NCBI GenBank assembly: GCA_963836185.1
Contig: CAWIIQ010000001.1
Coordinates: 96,001-160,000, forward strand
From: Candidatus Krumholzibacteriia bacterium
GTDB lineage: Bacteria; Krumholzibacteriota; Krumholzibacteriia; Krumholzibacteriales; Krumholzibacteriaceae
Length of the DNA: 64,000 nucleotides
Reading direction: 5' to 3'
A model generated the notes under the pieces. The model was not told the origin of the DNA. It worked only from the letters and a program-made list of their open reading frames with translations, and made no database searches. Shown here one piece after another: positions 39,153-49,931 of this stretch. The position numbers and the translations under genes are program-made. The number at the start of each line of letters is the position of its first letter. The first letter of the stretch is position 1.

Positions 39153-40247
39153 ATGAACCGTTTCGCGGGAATCATCTTCATACTCATTGTCATTATTGCT
39201 CTGCCATTCTTTTCCGTACAGGGGGGAGAGGCGATAGATCAGTCCGGGGAAATAGGAGCGGCGCCGTACCGGATCCGTATCCCCGCCGACTGGAACGGCA
39301 ACCTTGTCATGTATGCGCACGGATACAAGCCGAGGGGAGGGATGTGGAGGCCGCTGGCGGATGTTCTCGCCGGTGTCTTTCTTGAGCGTGGATTCGCTCT
39401 CGCTGAATCGGGATATTCCAGGCAGGGGTGGGCGCTTGAGGAGGCGATAGCCGAGACCGAAGAGCTGAGGGTCCATTTTTCAGAGGTCCACGGGAAACCT
39501 GATTCGACATTTGTGACCGGACATTCGATGGGAGGGCTCATCACGCTCGCTACGGTCGAGACTTTCTCCGATTCATACGACGGGGCGCTTCCGATGTGCG
39601 GGCCGCTGGCTCCGGCGCTTCTTTTCTTCAGGGACCACGTTTTCGATATGCTGATCACATTCGAGGCGCTTTTCGGAGATCACATCCCCGCTGATTACAA
39701 GCCTGTTATCGAGGTGGCAGCGCTCAGTGGAGCGGTCGTGGAGCAGGCCCTCGCTTCTGATTCTTTGCTCGCGGATACTTATGCCGCGAACAGGGGTGTA
39801 AGGCGGGAGGAACTGGCGGCGATAATCGCCATGGACCACATGTTGTACAAGGAGCTGGCGGACAGGGCGGGCGGCAATCCGATTGACAACCGAAACACGA
39901 TCTACTCTGATTATATCGGATCAGTCGACCTTAACGCCGTCGTTTCGAGATATGCGGCCGATCCATCGGCCCTGGATTACCTGAGGCGCAACTACACTCC
40001 CAGCGGCAGGCCGGGCATGCCGGTCCTCGCCGTTCATACGACATATGACGCAGGCGTACCTCCATGCGTTCCCGGATTCTACAATACGGCGTCCTGCCTT
40101 ATTGATGACGGGAAATACTTTGTGCAGATGTACGCGGAAGCGGACGGGCACTGCAGGTTCACACCGGCCATGACCGGGAAGGCATTCGATCTGTTGAGAG
40201 GATGGGTTGCGTCAGGCGTGCGTCCCGAGCCGGGCCGGCTAGAATGA
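39153..40247 (+). CDS. Secreted alpha/beta hydrolase
   Basis: Signal peptide; YAHG, GHSMGG nucleophile elbow, GHC.F. Confidence 0.8.
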   Translation: MNRFAGIIFILIVIIALPFFSVQGGEAIDQSGEIGAAPYRIRIPADWNGNLVMYAHGYKPRGGMWRPLADVLAGVFLERGFALAESGYSRQGWALEEAIAETEELRVHFSEVHGKPDSTFVTGHSMGGLITLATVETFSDSYDGALPMCGPLAPALLFFRDHVFDMLITFEALFGDHIPADYKPVIEVAALSGAVVEQALASDSLLADTYAANRGVRREELAAIIAMDHMLYKELADRAGGNPIDNRNTIYSDYIGSVDLNAVVSRYAADPSALDYLRRNYTPSGRPGMPVLAVHTTYDAGVPPCVPGFYNTASCLIDDGKYFVQMYAEADGHCRFTPAMTGKAFDLLRGWVASGVRPEPGRLE

Positions 40248-41666
40248 TCATTTCTCCGCGAACTCGTTCTGCCAAACGGGATCGCTGAGTTTCCGGTATC
40301 CGTCAGCATATTCTTCCATCACACGATGATAGCCGGGGTCTTCCAGGGCCTCGGCCGCAGCCTCGTTGATCGGCCTGGCGCCGGTCTCGACAACAGCGGT
40401 GCGCAGTTGGTCGAAATGATCCCGGATAGGGCAGGGGCAGAGCCAGTTCCCGACCTCTTCTGCGGGCCGTCCGAATCCGTATTCGTACTGCCAGTCGTGG
40501 ATCTTTTGAAAAAACGGGGTCTTGAGCAGTGACGAGAGGTCATCTCCCCGCTCGTATACGTCGTAGATATTGTCGGCCGCGTAGGGAACGAAGACGCACG
40601 GCGTGACGTCGCCGTTCCAGTCTATGTAGAACTGACCTCCAGGGCGGCCCGCGCTGATGCATCCGTAGCTGGCTATTCCGCTGTTCCAGAAATCGGCAAA
40701 GAGGATCTTCTTGTCAAAGACTATGCGCCGGGTTCTCTTGAGCATTTCGAGGCGGTTCTCCGGGGTTATCATAAGGTCGAGGTCGGGGTCGCGTCCGATA
40801 GGCATGTACTGGAAGCACCAGATGTAGACCGCTCCCTGCTCTTCGACGCAGAAATCGAGGAATTCATCGCTCGTGAGCAGATCCCAGTTCCGGTTGGTCG
40901 GAGTGATCGATATCCCGAACGGGACGCCGTGCCTGCGCAGCCTCTCGAATGTGTCGAGGATCTTCCTGAAAACACCATTCCCCCTGCGCGCGTCCGTTTC
41001 CTTTTCATACCCTTCCAGAGACAGCGCGGGGGTGATGTTCCCGAGTTCTCCCATCCGCTTCGCCGTATCGTCGTCGATCAGCGTGCCATTCGTGTAAGTC
41101 ATGAAGTACTCGGTCGGGTGTTTTTCAGCGAGGTCCAGGATGCCTCGCTCGCCGTCACGCCAGAGAAACGGCTCCCCGCCCGAGACGATCGTCAGGTAGG
41201 AGTCCCACAGCTCTCTTTTCTCGGTGACGATCCTGTCGAATATCTCCCACGAGAGACTCGCGTGTTTTGTCGGGTCGCTTGCCGCGTAGCACCCCTCACA
41301 TTTCAGGTTGCATGTCCCGGTCGGGCTTACGACGAGCACGAGGGGATTGTGTTCCGTAGATGGCCCTTCACGTCTTTCATTAACGACTATATTCTCAAGG
41401 ACCGATCCAAGAAGTCTGTCGAGGACATTCCTTGATACATGTCCGCTTGTCATAGCCCTGTGGAAACCATGGAAGAGGGCCATCATGTAGGCGTGCTTGA
41501 GCTCCTGCACGCCTCGCGGCCGTCCATCCTCGTTCTCCACGACAAGTTTCTGGTAAATACGCCGGTTTACGATATCGACAAGGATCTTCCTCGACAGGCG
41601 GTTCTCCAGCATAAGCCGGTAGAGCTCCCTGACCGAGGAGCTTTCGAGGATTTTCCCTGGTATCAT
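40248..41666 (-). CDS. Radical SAM protein with partial SPASM-like C-terminus
   Basis: CNLKCEGC (CX3CX2C), SGGEP, TNGTL, GCISAG...PCVF, CPIRD. Confidence 0.88.
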   Translation of the reverse strand: MIPGKILESSSVRELYRLMLENRLSRKILVDIVNRRIYQKLVVENEDGRPRGVQELKHAYMMALFHGFHRAMTSGHVSRNVLDRLLGSVLENIVVNERREGPSTEHNPLVLVVSPTGTCNLKCEGCYAASDPTKHASLSWEIFDRIVTEKRELWDSYLTIVSGGEPFLWRDGERGILDLAEKHPTEYFMTYTNGTLIDDDTAKRMGELGNITPALSLEGYEKETDARRGNGVFRKILDTFERLRRHGVPFGISITPTNRNWDLLTSDEFLDFCVEEQGAVYIWCFQYMPIGRDPDLDLMITPENRLEMLKRTRRIVFDKKILFADFWNSGIASYGCISAGRPGGQFYIDWNGDVTPCVFVPYAADNIYDVYERGDDLSSLLKTPFFQKIHDWQYEYGFGRPAEEVGNWLCPCPIRDHFDQLRTAVVETGARPINEAAAEALEDPGYHRVMEEYADGYRKLSDPVWQNEFAEK

Positions 41667-41677
41667 TCAGATCGTCT

Positions 41678-42244
41678 CTAGAACGCTACCCCGACATTGA
41701 CAAGCCTGATGATCGGAAGGAATCCGGCCTGATCGTCCTCGAGATCCCCACCGAACAGTCTCGTCGCGCCAGCTCCGACACTTATGGCGAAGTTCTGGTT
41801 GTCGCCGAGCAGCCACGTGTAACCGACGTCGAGACCAAAACCGAAAGCGGTGCCTTTCTCGGTGGGCTCGTCGTCATAATATTCGAACTCGACAGAGGTC
41901 ACGCCGAGCCTGCCCCCGAAATAGAATCCGGAAGGCGCCTTGCCCGACGGGTAAAATCTGTAAATCAGGTATCCGCTGAGATATTTCGATTTTGCAGCAT
42001 CCATATCCTCTTCATCATCTTCATACGAAGTGTATGATGCCGCGATCCCGAGCGTGCTGTTCGGTGCTATCTTACGTTCATATTCTATGTTCCACCAGCT
42101 GAACAGAATGAGGAAAGGATTGGTAGTTATCAGATTCTTGGTAGTCGGAGCAGGAGGTGTGTTGTCCTGTGCCGCGACAGGAACGCTCATCGAGGCCATG
42201 ACAATTATCAAGCCGATCACCGTAAGACATCGTGCTCTGCTCAT
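41678..42244 (-). CDS. Outer-membrane beta-barrel protein (DUF3575-like)
   Basis: Signal peptide; N.EYER, YRFYP, GFYFG, VGYTWL; ends VGVAF. Confidence 0.7.
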   Translation of the reverse strand: MSRARCLTVIGLIIVMASMSVPVAAQDNTPPAPTTKNLITTNPFLILFSWWNIEYERKIAPNSTLGIAASYTSYEDDEEDMDAAKSKYLSGYLIYRFYPSGKAPSGFYFGGRLGVTSVEFEYYDDEPTEKGTAFGFGLDVGYTWLLGDNQNFAISVGAGATRLFGGDLEDDQAGFLPIIRLVNVGVAF

Positions 42245-42338
42245 CTTTCATCCACCTTCCATCAGAATAAAGACAGCATTCAACTGGATACCTGCGGGGA
42301 GTTTCATCGAAAGGACGGGGTTGTGTCAAGAGTAATGA

Positions 42339-42370
42339 CAAAAGCGCGCGGGGCCAACTCCCCGCGCGCT
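42339..42370 (-). terminator. Rho-independent terminator after the RND operon
   Basis: AGCGCGCGGGG / CCCCGCGCGCT stem with a T-run on the minus strand. Confidence 0.75.
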
Positions 42371-42396
42371 GAATGTGATCGAGAATAGATATAGTG

Positions 42397-43623
42397 CTAT
42401 TTGAATTCGACGTAGTCGAAATCGTCCCAGTCGATCTCGATCTCCTCGCCAGAGTCGAGGATCACAAATATCCCCTTGTTTTCATCGTCGACGTCGTTCG
42501 ATCCCTTGACCTTGAATTCGTGGCCGTCCCAGAGGGTGATGATTGAAGAGCAGCATCCCTTGCGCCGGATCGAGCTGATGTTACCCAGTTCGATATCCAT
42601 CTCGACGCCCCTGAACTCGGTATCCATGACTTCCCAGGTGTATTCCTCATCGTCATCCCACCTGATATTTCCCGTGTACGATTCGCCTGAATCGGTATGG
42701 ACGGTGCCCCTGAGAAGCTTTCCTCCGTCGAAACGGCTGTACTCTACCGGGGCGGCTGCTTCCTCGAAATCGATGCGGTCGAATTCGTCCCAGTCGACCT
42801 TTACGACGCCGAAGTCCTCGACAAAGATGGAGATCCCTCTGTTCGAGCTGTCCACGTCGTTAGTGCCTTTCAGCGTGATCTCGTCGCCGTTCTTGAGGGT
42901 GACACGCGCGCTGCTCGAACTGCGGCGTTCGATCGACCTGATCTTTCCGAACTCGATCTCGCGGTCGCGTCCGCGCTGCTCGCCGTCCAGCACGTCCTCT
43001 TCCAGGACCTCGTCAGCGTCCCAGACGACCCAACCGGTAAATGTATCGTCTTTTCTTGTGGTAAGCGTTCCGTACAGCCTGTCTCCATAGTCTGAATAGA
43101 CCTCGTAGCCGCCCTGGCTGAATTCGACACGGTCGATTTCGTCCCATTCGAACTCTATCTCGCCCTCATCGGGATCCTCCACGATTATACCGCGGATATT
43201 GTCGCCGATGTCGGTCGAGCCGGCCTTGACTTCCATCTCTTCGCCGGACTTGAATATGAGCAGAGCAGTGTCATCTTCTATGACTTCGATAGCTTCGAGG
43301 TGGCCGAACGCCACGGCGCACTGAGCTGACATATTGTAGGAACCCTTTGTCTTCACGTTGCCGACACGTATACCGAAAATACGGATCGACTTTACCTTCT
43401 CATTGTCTTTGTACCGGCGCTTGGAGAGTTCGAGTTCCTTCGTGCAGTCGATCATATCGACCCACGAAACCTCGTTCTTGTCCCACCTGATCAGGCCATC
43501 GTACCTTTCGCCTTCAGATGTGATTACTCTGCCGTGTATCCTGCCGCGCGCGTCGGCGAATGATGGCGCGGATACAGTCGCGGCGAGGACCAGGATCAGC
43601 CCTGTCGTCAGGAGCTTCTTCAT
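42397..43623 (-). CDS. Secreted acidic protein with three internal ~125-aa repeats
   Basis: Signal peptide; GxxxT...G.I/V.WD.xE repeated three times; ATGA overlap with the RND stop. Confidence 0.75.
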   Translation of the reverse strand: MKKLLTTGLILVLAATVSAPSFADARGRIHGRVITSEGERYDGLIRWDKNEVSWVDMIDCTKELELSKRRYKDNEKVKSIRIFGIRVGNVKTKGSYNMSAQCAVAFGHLEAIEVIEDDTALLIFKSGEEMEVKAGSTDIGDNIRGIIVEDPDEGEIEFEWDEIDRVEFSQGGYEVYSDYGDRLYGTLTTRKDDTFTGWVVWDADEVLEEDVLDGEQRGRDREIEFGKIRSIERRSSSSARVTLKNGDEITLKGTNDVDSSNRGISIFVEDFGVVKVDWDEFDRIDFEEAAAPVEYSRFDGGKLLRGTVHTDSGESYTGNIRWDDDEEYTWEVMDTEFRGVEMDIELGNISSIRRKGCCSSIITLWDGHEFKVKGSNDVDDENKGIFVILDSGEEIEIDWDDFDYVEFK

Positions 43624-46600
43624 ATCGATAGCCTCCGTTCAGGTTCAGCGGGCGCCGCTGGCTGCGTGCCCTTTGCGTTAGCGATGATTCTTCTGGACCA
43701 GTTTCTCAGATCGTCGAGAATGGCATATATCGTCGGCAGGACCAGAAGGGTTATCATCGTTGAGAATGTTAACCCGCCGACGATCGCTCTGGCCATAGGG
43801 AAATAGGGCGGTCCGTTGCCGCCTATCTGAGTTGCCACGACACAAAGAGGGACGAGGCTCAGCACTGTCGTGCCGGCCGTCATGAGGATTGGCCTGAGCC
43901 TGTCACGGCCAGCCTGCACGATGGCGTCGTTCCTCTTTAATCCTTTCAAGCGCAGATGGTTTATGTGGTCGACCAGTACGATCCCGTTGTTCACTACAAC
44001 ACCTATCAATATCAGTATCCCTATCATGGCCATGATCGACATCGTGGTGCCTGTCAACAGGAAGAACCAGTAGACACCGACTATGGAGAATATTATCTGG
44101 GTCCATATAGCCGTCGGGTAGAGGAGCGACTCGAACAATGAAGCCATCACGAAGTATATAAGCGCGAGCGCCAGCAGCAGGTTGATCAGCATCGTGTTCA
44201 TCGCTTCCTGCTCGTGGTCAAAACTCTGGCCGTAGTTCCAGGAATACCCGGCGGGGAAGTTGTAGTTACCCAGCACGAACGAGATCATCTTCTGCGCTTC
44301 ACCCTTGGTGACATCTGTCAGGTTGGCTGAGATTCCCAGGGAGGTCGTCCTGTCTTCCCTGCGGATATTCCGCGGCCCGCGACGAATCCGGAAATCCGCG
44401 AGAGAGGCCAGCTTGACCGTTCTGCCCGTTCTTGAATGAAGAGGAAGGTCCTTTAACTGCTCCAGTGTCTCCCGGTCCTCCTCCTGGAACTCGAGGCGGA
44501 TATCGATCTCGCCCGATTCGCCGTGCATCTTTCTCAGGTTCACGCCTCGCATCGCCGCCGAGATGACCTGCGCGATCTCACCCGCCGAAAAGCCGTATTG
44601 CCTCGCGCGATCGCGATCTACCGATATCTGGACTTCCTCTTCTCCTTTTTCCGCGTCGGAACGCACATCGGAGAACCCGGGGAGCTGGCTGAGGGTCCAC
44701 GCGACGTCCTGTGAGATCTCCGCCAGTTTCTCGCTCGATTTGCCGGTGAGACTGATGTTGATAGATGTGCCGCCGCCTCCCTGGTTTCGCCATGTGAACG
44801 AGGGGTTGGCGATTGCCATCTTGGGCAGGCCCTCTTTTATCTCGTCTTTTATTTCCTTGGTCGATTTCTTCGTTCCCTCTTTATTCAGGAGTATCGTCGA
44901 AGACGCGTAGTCGCCCTGGAAGTAACTGTAGATAGATTCTATCTCGAATTTATCCTGATTTTCGAACAGGTAATCCTCGTATTCGGTCACGGCCGCCTCG
45001 ACCTTCTCCAGGGTATAGCTTCCGTTGATATGGTAGTGGAGCCTGATCCGCCGGTCCTCCGGTTCATCGAACATGTCCGTCTTGACGAACTTCATAGGAA
45101 CGGCGATGCTCAGGAGCAGGCCGATGATTATCCAGACGGTGGCTTTCCTGTGGCGCATGGTCCATTCGAGAGCGACGGCGTATTTTCCGATCAACTTGTC
45201 GATGACAGTCTTTTTTGTAACGGGCTTCGGCGGTTTGATCCTCGACGAGAGAAGGGGGACGATCGTCTGAGCCAGCAGGAGGGAGACTCCGAGGGCTATG
45301 ACGATCGTTATCCCGATGTGCTTCAGGTATATGGAGATATCATCGTTAGGGCTTACGATATTTGGCAGGAAGACTATCCCCGTCGTTGCTGTTCCCGCCG
45401 TGATAGCCATGGATACTTCCCTGACACCGGTAGAGATCGACTTCGTTGAGCCGGGATCGGCAAGCTGATGCCGATGTATGCTTTCGGTCACAACGACCGC
45501 GTTGTCGACGAGCATCCCAACGGCGAGCATCAACCCCATCATCGACAGGATGTTCAACGTCACTCCCATGAAGTACATGAATGTAAGCGTGATAAGCAGG
45601 GACAGCGGCACGGCCAGTGCGACGATGAAAGTCGTTACAAGGCGCCTGAGAAAAAAGAAAAGGATCAGAACCGCTAGAGAGCCTCCTATGAGGCCGGACT
45701 TAAGTACCTCGTTAAGAGAGCTTGTGACGCCCTCGGCGAGATTGTCCATGTAGAATATGCTGATTCCCTCCATCTCGGGAATCTCCTTGATGATCTCGAT
45801 CTCCGCGATGATCCTGTCGGTCACCTCGACCAGGTTCGCTCCGCCCTCTTTGAATACGTTGAGTCCGATCGCGTACTTCCTGTTGAGATGCCTGCCGTAA
45901 TGACGCTCGGGCTGTTCGTATGTCACGGTCGCGATGTCGCTGAGCCTGAGGCCGTGCTCCCCGACGATCACCCGCCCGATCTCTTCGATGGACTGGTACT
46001 CCCCGACCGGCCTCACCACGAACCTCTGGTTCTGATCGGTTATCTTGCCGGCCGTTACGAGGAAATTGCTGCGGCGCAGAGTCTGTGAGAGCTGACCGAT
46101 ATCTATTCCATGCTGGATTATCCTGTCTGCCGAGAGTTTGATCCGAACTTCCTTCTTCTGCACGCCGTAGAGATCGACCTTGGAGACGCCCTCGATCCTC
46201 TCGATCCTTCTCTTGACGTTCCTGTTGAGCATGTCATACGAATTCGACAGGTCACGGTTGCTCGATATCCTCAGGGTCAGTATCTCCATGTCGGCAGTCG
46301 ACCATTTCAGGACATGGAAACGTTCCAGGTCGTCAGGGAAGAGGTGCCTGATCCCCTCGAGCTTCTCCTTCGCTTCGAGGGCCTTGACGTCGGTGTCGAC
46401 TCCCCATTCGAACTCGAGCCTGATCCACGCGCCGTTTGTATGTGAATTCGATTCCATACGTTTGAATCCGCTGATGGTCGCTATGACCTCCTCCGCGGGT
46501 CTTGTTATCTGGCGCTCGATCTCCTCTGGAGTGGAGCCGGGGTAGGGGATGTCGATAAATATGAACGGTGCGTCGAGATCGGGGAAATATTCCATGGGCA

Positions 46601-46694
46601 GGAGCCTGGCCGAGATGATCCCGAGCACGATGAAGCACACGAAGACCATAAGGGTCGTCACCGGGCGCTTGATCGATGCGTTCGTCAGGTTCAT
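43620..46694 (-). CDS. RND efflux permease (AcrB/MdtB-like), subunit 2
   Basis: GMLVDNAVVV.E, VNNGIVLVD, RLRPILMT. Confidence 0.93.
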   Translation of the reverse strand: MNLTNASIKRPVTTLMVFVCFIVLGIISARLLPMEYFPDLDAPFIFIDIPYPGSTPEEIERQITRPAEEVIATISGFKRMESNSHTNGAWIRLEFEWGVDTDVKALEAKEKLEGIRHLFPDDLERFHVLKWSTADMEILTLRISSNRDLSNSYDMLNRNVKRRIERIEGVSKVDLYGVQKKEVRIKLSADRIIQHGIDIGQLSQTLRRSNFLVTAGKITDQNQRFVVRPVGEYQSIEEIGRVIVGEHGLRLSDIATVTYEQPERHYGRHLNRKYAIGLNVFKEGGANLVEVTDRIIAEIEIIKEIPEMEGISIFYMDNLAEGVTSSLNEVLKSGLIGGSLAVLILFFFLRRLVTTFIVALAVPLSLLITLTFMYFMGVTLNILSMMGLMLAVGMLVDNAVVVTESIHRHQLADPGSTKSISTGVREVSMAITAGTATTGIVFLPNIVSPNDDISIYLKHIGITIVIALGVSLLLAQTIVPLLSSRIKPPKPVTKKTVIDKLIGKYAVALEWTMRHRKATVWIIIGLLLSIAVPMKFVKTDMFDEPEDRRIRLHYHINGSYTLEKVEAAVTEYEDYLFENQDKFEIESIYSYFQGDYASSTILLNKEGTKKSTKEIKDEIKEGLPKMAIANPSFTWRNQGGGGTSINISLTGKSSEKLAEISQDVAWTLSQLPGFSDVRSDAEKGEEEVQISVDRDRARQYGFSAGEIAQVISAAMRGVNLRKMHGESGEIDIRLEFQEEDRETLEQLKDLPLHSRTGRTVKLASLADFRIRRGPRNIRREDRTTSLGISANLTDVTKGEAQKMISFVLGNYNFPAGYSWNYGQSFDHEQEAMNTMLINLLLALALIYFVMASLFESLLYPTAIWTQIIFSIVGVYWFFLLTGTTMSIMAMIGILILIGVVVNNGIVLVDHINHLRLKGLKRNDAIVQAGRDRLRPILMTAGTTVLSLVPLCVVATQIGGNGPPYFPMARAIVGGLTFSTMITLLVLPTIYAILDDLRNWSRRIIANAKGTQPAAPAEPERRLSI

Positions 46695-49600
46695 CTATTT
46701 TCTCCTGTCGAGCAGATCATATACGACAGGTATTACGATAAGAGTAAGCAGTGTCGATACGCTGAGCCCTCCGATGACGGTGATCGCCATCGGTGCTCTC
46801 ACTTCAGCGCCCTCGCCGATCCCCATGGCCAGCGGGAGAAGGCCGAGTGTAGTCGTAAGTGTTGTCATGAGAATCGGCCGCAGCCTCGATTTGCCGCCTT
46901 CAAGGATAGCCGCCCGTTTTCCCGTTCCTCCGTCACGCAGCTGATTGATCAGGTCGATCAGCACGATCGCGTTGTTTACCACTATTCCCGCGAGAAGTAT
47001 AAGGCCGATGAAAACGACCACGCTGATAGTAGAGCCGGTCAGGAACAGGGCCCAGACCGCTCCGATCAGCGCCAGTGGAATCGTAAAGAGGATTACGAAG
47101 GGATGCAGGAATGATTCGAACTGGGATGCCATCACGAGGTAGACGAGGAATACTGCCAGAAGGAGAGCGAACTGGAGAGACTTGAAGGACTTCGCCATCT
47201 CCTGGTTCTGCCCGGCTATGTTGATCGCCAGACCGGCGGGCATGGGGATGCTGCGAATCATGCCGTTTATCTCCTCGGCAGCAGTGCCGAGATCGCCGTA
47301 GTTCAGGTTGGCCGTCACGAGGGCTACCCTTTCCTGGTCGACACGCCTGATCTCGCCGGGGCCTGTGTCGAGTGTGATGTCCGCGACCGCTTCGAGCGTG
47401 ACGGGTCTTTCGCTTTCCGGGTTGATGATCAATTTTCTTATCTTGTCGACCGAGTTCCTGTCCGATTCCTTCGCGCGGACGAGGATGTCGATCTTCCGGT
47501 CGCGCCAGGAGTAGCGTGATGCGACATCGCCGCGGACCTTGCTCACTACGCGGTCGGCGACCTCGTAGACCTGGAACCCGAGGGCCGCGGCTTTCTCGCG
47601 GTCGAATCTTATCTGGATCTCGGGATGCCCCGCTTTCATAGTCGATTTTACATCGGCGAAGCGGGGATTCGAGTCGAGCCTGGAGGCTATATCGTTGCTG
47701 ACCTTCTTGAGGCTTCGCAGATCGTATCCGGCGATCTCTATCTCGACAGGAGTCTTGAAAGTGAACAGAGTCGGTCTCGAGAACTTGTACTGCAGGTCGG
47801 GAACGCGATGCAGATCATCACGCATCTGGGCCATGACTCTTTCCTCGTCGTTTCGCTGCGAACCGGGCAGGAGTACGACATTGAGTTCACCCCAGTTCTC
47901 GCCGCCCTGCTCGGGATTGGCGTCCATTCTGTTGCCGGTGCCGGCTACCGCGAAAACGGTGCTGATGCCGGATATGTCCCTGGTAGATTCCTGGACGCTT
48001 CTTATCGCCCTGTCGGTCACTTCGAGCGGAGTGCCGGGGGAGAGGCGGAACTCGACGCTGAACTCGCCCTGCGAGAGCTGCGGAATCAGCTCTACGCCCA
48101 GGTTCCTGGCCATCAGCATCGTCCCGAAAAACAGGATAAGCGCTATCAGTATGACTCTACCCCTGTGATCGAGTGACCACGCGAGCGTGCCGTCGTACCA
48201 TCCGGCGACGACATCGTAAAATTTAGTGAAGAGCTTGAGTATGGGCCTGAGCAGGAAGGAAAAGATTCTCGCCAGACCCCGGCAGATGCCCAGTATGACT
48301 CTCGTGAAAAAGACAGGAACAGTATTGAAAATGAATCTGCCGAACGCCGAGAACCATCTGCCGACACGTCTTTTCGGTTCTTTTTTCGGAGCCGGAGCAG
48401 GCGGCGGCTCTTTGTTAGACTGCAGGGACGCCAGCATGGGGATGAGCGTCAGGGCTACCACAAGAGACGCGATCAGCGCGAAGGTGACCGTAAGAGCCTG
48501 GTCCCTGAATAGCTGCCCCGAGATTCCCGAGACGAATACGAGCGGCAGGAAAACAGCGACCGTGGTGAGCGTCGAGGCTGTCACAGCCTTGCCGACCTCG
48601 CCCGCGCCGTCCCGGGCAGAGTCGGCGATATTCTTTCCCATCGCCCGGTGTCGGGATATGTTTTCCAGCACGACGATGGAGTTGTCCAGGAGCATTCCGA
48701 CCCCGAGCGCGATCCCTCCGAGAGACATGATGTTGAGTGTCAGGTCCGAGCCGTACATCATATTGAATGTCGCGATAATGGATACAGGTATGGAAAGGGA
48801 TATGATGACGGTTGCCCAGAAATTCTGCAGGAAGAGGTAGAGGATGATTATCGCGAGGATGCCTCCGATGACGGCTGCCTGTATGACCTCGTTGATCGCC
48901 TGTCTGATGAAGGTCGACTGGTCGTAGACCTTGACGAGGTTGTACCCTTCAGGCAGGACCTTTTTCGTGCGGCCGAGATGTTTCTCGACCTCGCGGGCCA
49001 CGGCGACAGTGTTGGCGTCGCCCTCTTTGTATATCGCGATCTCCACAGCCTCGCGCCCGTTTAGCCTGGTGATCGCCTCTCTCTCCTTGAAGCCGTGCCT
49101 GACTGTAGCGATATCGCGAAGATATATCGGCTTGCCGTCCTTCGTGGAGACGACGACATCCCCGATCTCCTCGACCGATTCGAACTCGTTAAGTGTCCTG
49201 ACGAGGTACTGCTGTGTTCCTTCCTCGAGCCTGCCGCCCGAGAGGTTGACGTTCTCCGCCCCTATCTGGGTGGCCAGGGCACTTATCGGCAGGTCCAGCT
49301 GGGCCGTGCGCTGCTGATCGATGAATATCTGTATTTCATCCTCGAGGCCTCCGCTGACCTTGACCGCGGCGACTCCGAGGGAAGCCTCGAGCTCTTTCTT
49401 TACCTCTTCCTCGGCGAACCGGCGGAGGAACTTCAGTTCCTCCTCGTCGAACCAGTCGCCGGATGAGTCTGCGCTGTCAGCTTTCGCTTCCGAATCAGTT
49501 TCCTTGTAGAACCCGAATCGCATGACCGGGTCGAGGGAGGGGTCGAACCGCAGAAGAGTCGGCCGTTCGACGTCCAGAGGCAGCTGAAGCACGTCGAGTT

Positions 49601-49931
49601 TTTCGCGAACGTCGAGACTCGCGTAATCCATGTCTGTTCCCCAGGCGAACTCGAGGATCACATCGGATTGCCCCGAACGTGAGATCGAGCTTACCCGGTT
49701 GACGTTCTTGACCACCCCGAGAACTTCCTCGATCGGTTTCGATATGACGTTTTCTATCTCGGCTGGAGCGGCGCCTGGATATTCGGTGCGTACCGTCAGT
49801 GTGGGATATGTCAGTTCGGGTAGAAGGTTGATTTTGAGCCGGGAAAAAGAGACTGCCCCGAACAGTATGATTGCCAGCGTGAACATCGCTATCGTCACAC
49901 GCCGCCGGATGGAGACATCGATTATCTTCAT
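46695..49931 (-). CDS. RND efflux permease (AcrB/MdtC-like), subunit 1
   Basis: GMLLDNSIVVLENI, VNNAIVLID, RLRPILMT. Confidence 0.93.
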   Translation of the reverse strand: MKIIDVSIRRRVTIAMFTLAIILFGAVSFSRLKINLLPELTYPTLTVRTEYPGAAPAEIENVISKPIEEVLGVVKNVNRVSSISRSGQSDVILEFAWGTDMDYASLDVREKLDVLQLPLDVERPTLLRFDPSLDPVMRFGFYKETDSEAKADSADSSGDWFDEEELKFLRRFAEEEVKKELEASLGVAAVKVSGGLEDEIQIFIDQQRTAQLDLPISALATQIGAENVNLSGGRLEEGTQQYLVRTLNEFESVEEIGDVVVSTKDGKPIYLRDIATVRHGFKEREAITRLNGREAVEIAIYKEGDANTVAVAREVEKHLGRTKKVLPEGYNLVKVYDQSTFIRQAINEVIQAAVIGGILAIIILYLFLQNFWATVIISLSIPVSIIATFNMMYGSDLTLNIMSLGGIALGVGMLLDNSIVVLENISRHRAMGKNIADSARDGAGEVGKAVTASTLTTVAVFLPLVFVSGISGQLFRDQALTVTFALIASLVVALTLIPMLASLQSNKEPPPAPAPKKEPKRRVGRWFSAFGRFIFNTVPVFFTRVILGICRGLARIFSFLLRPILKLFTKFYDVVAGWYDGTLAWSLDHRGRVILIALILFFGTMLMARNLGVELIPQLSQGEFSVEFRLSPGTPLEVTDRAIRSVQESTRDISGISTVFAVAGTGNRMDANPEQGGENWGELNVVLLPGSQRNDEERVMAQMRDDLHRVPDLQYKFSRPTLFTFKTPVEIEIAGYDLRSLKKVSNDIASRLDSNPRFADVKSTMKAGHPEIQIRFDREKAAALGFQVYEVADRVVSKVRGDVASRYSWRDRKIDILVRAKESDRNSVDKIRKLIINPESERPVTLEAVADITLDTGPGEIRRVDQERVALVTANLNYGDLGTAAEEINGMIRSIPMPAGLAINIAGQNQEMAKSFKSLQFALLLAVFLVYLVMASQFESFLHPFVILFTIPLALIGAVWALFLTGSTISVVVFIGLILLAGIVVNNAIVLIDLINQLRDGGTGKRAAILEGGKSRLRPILMTTLTTTLGLLPLAMGIGEGAEVRAPMAITVIGGLSVSTLLTLIVIPVVYDLLDRRK

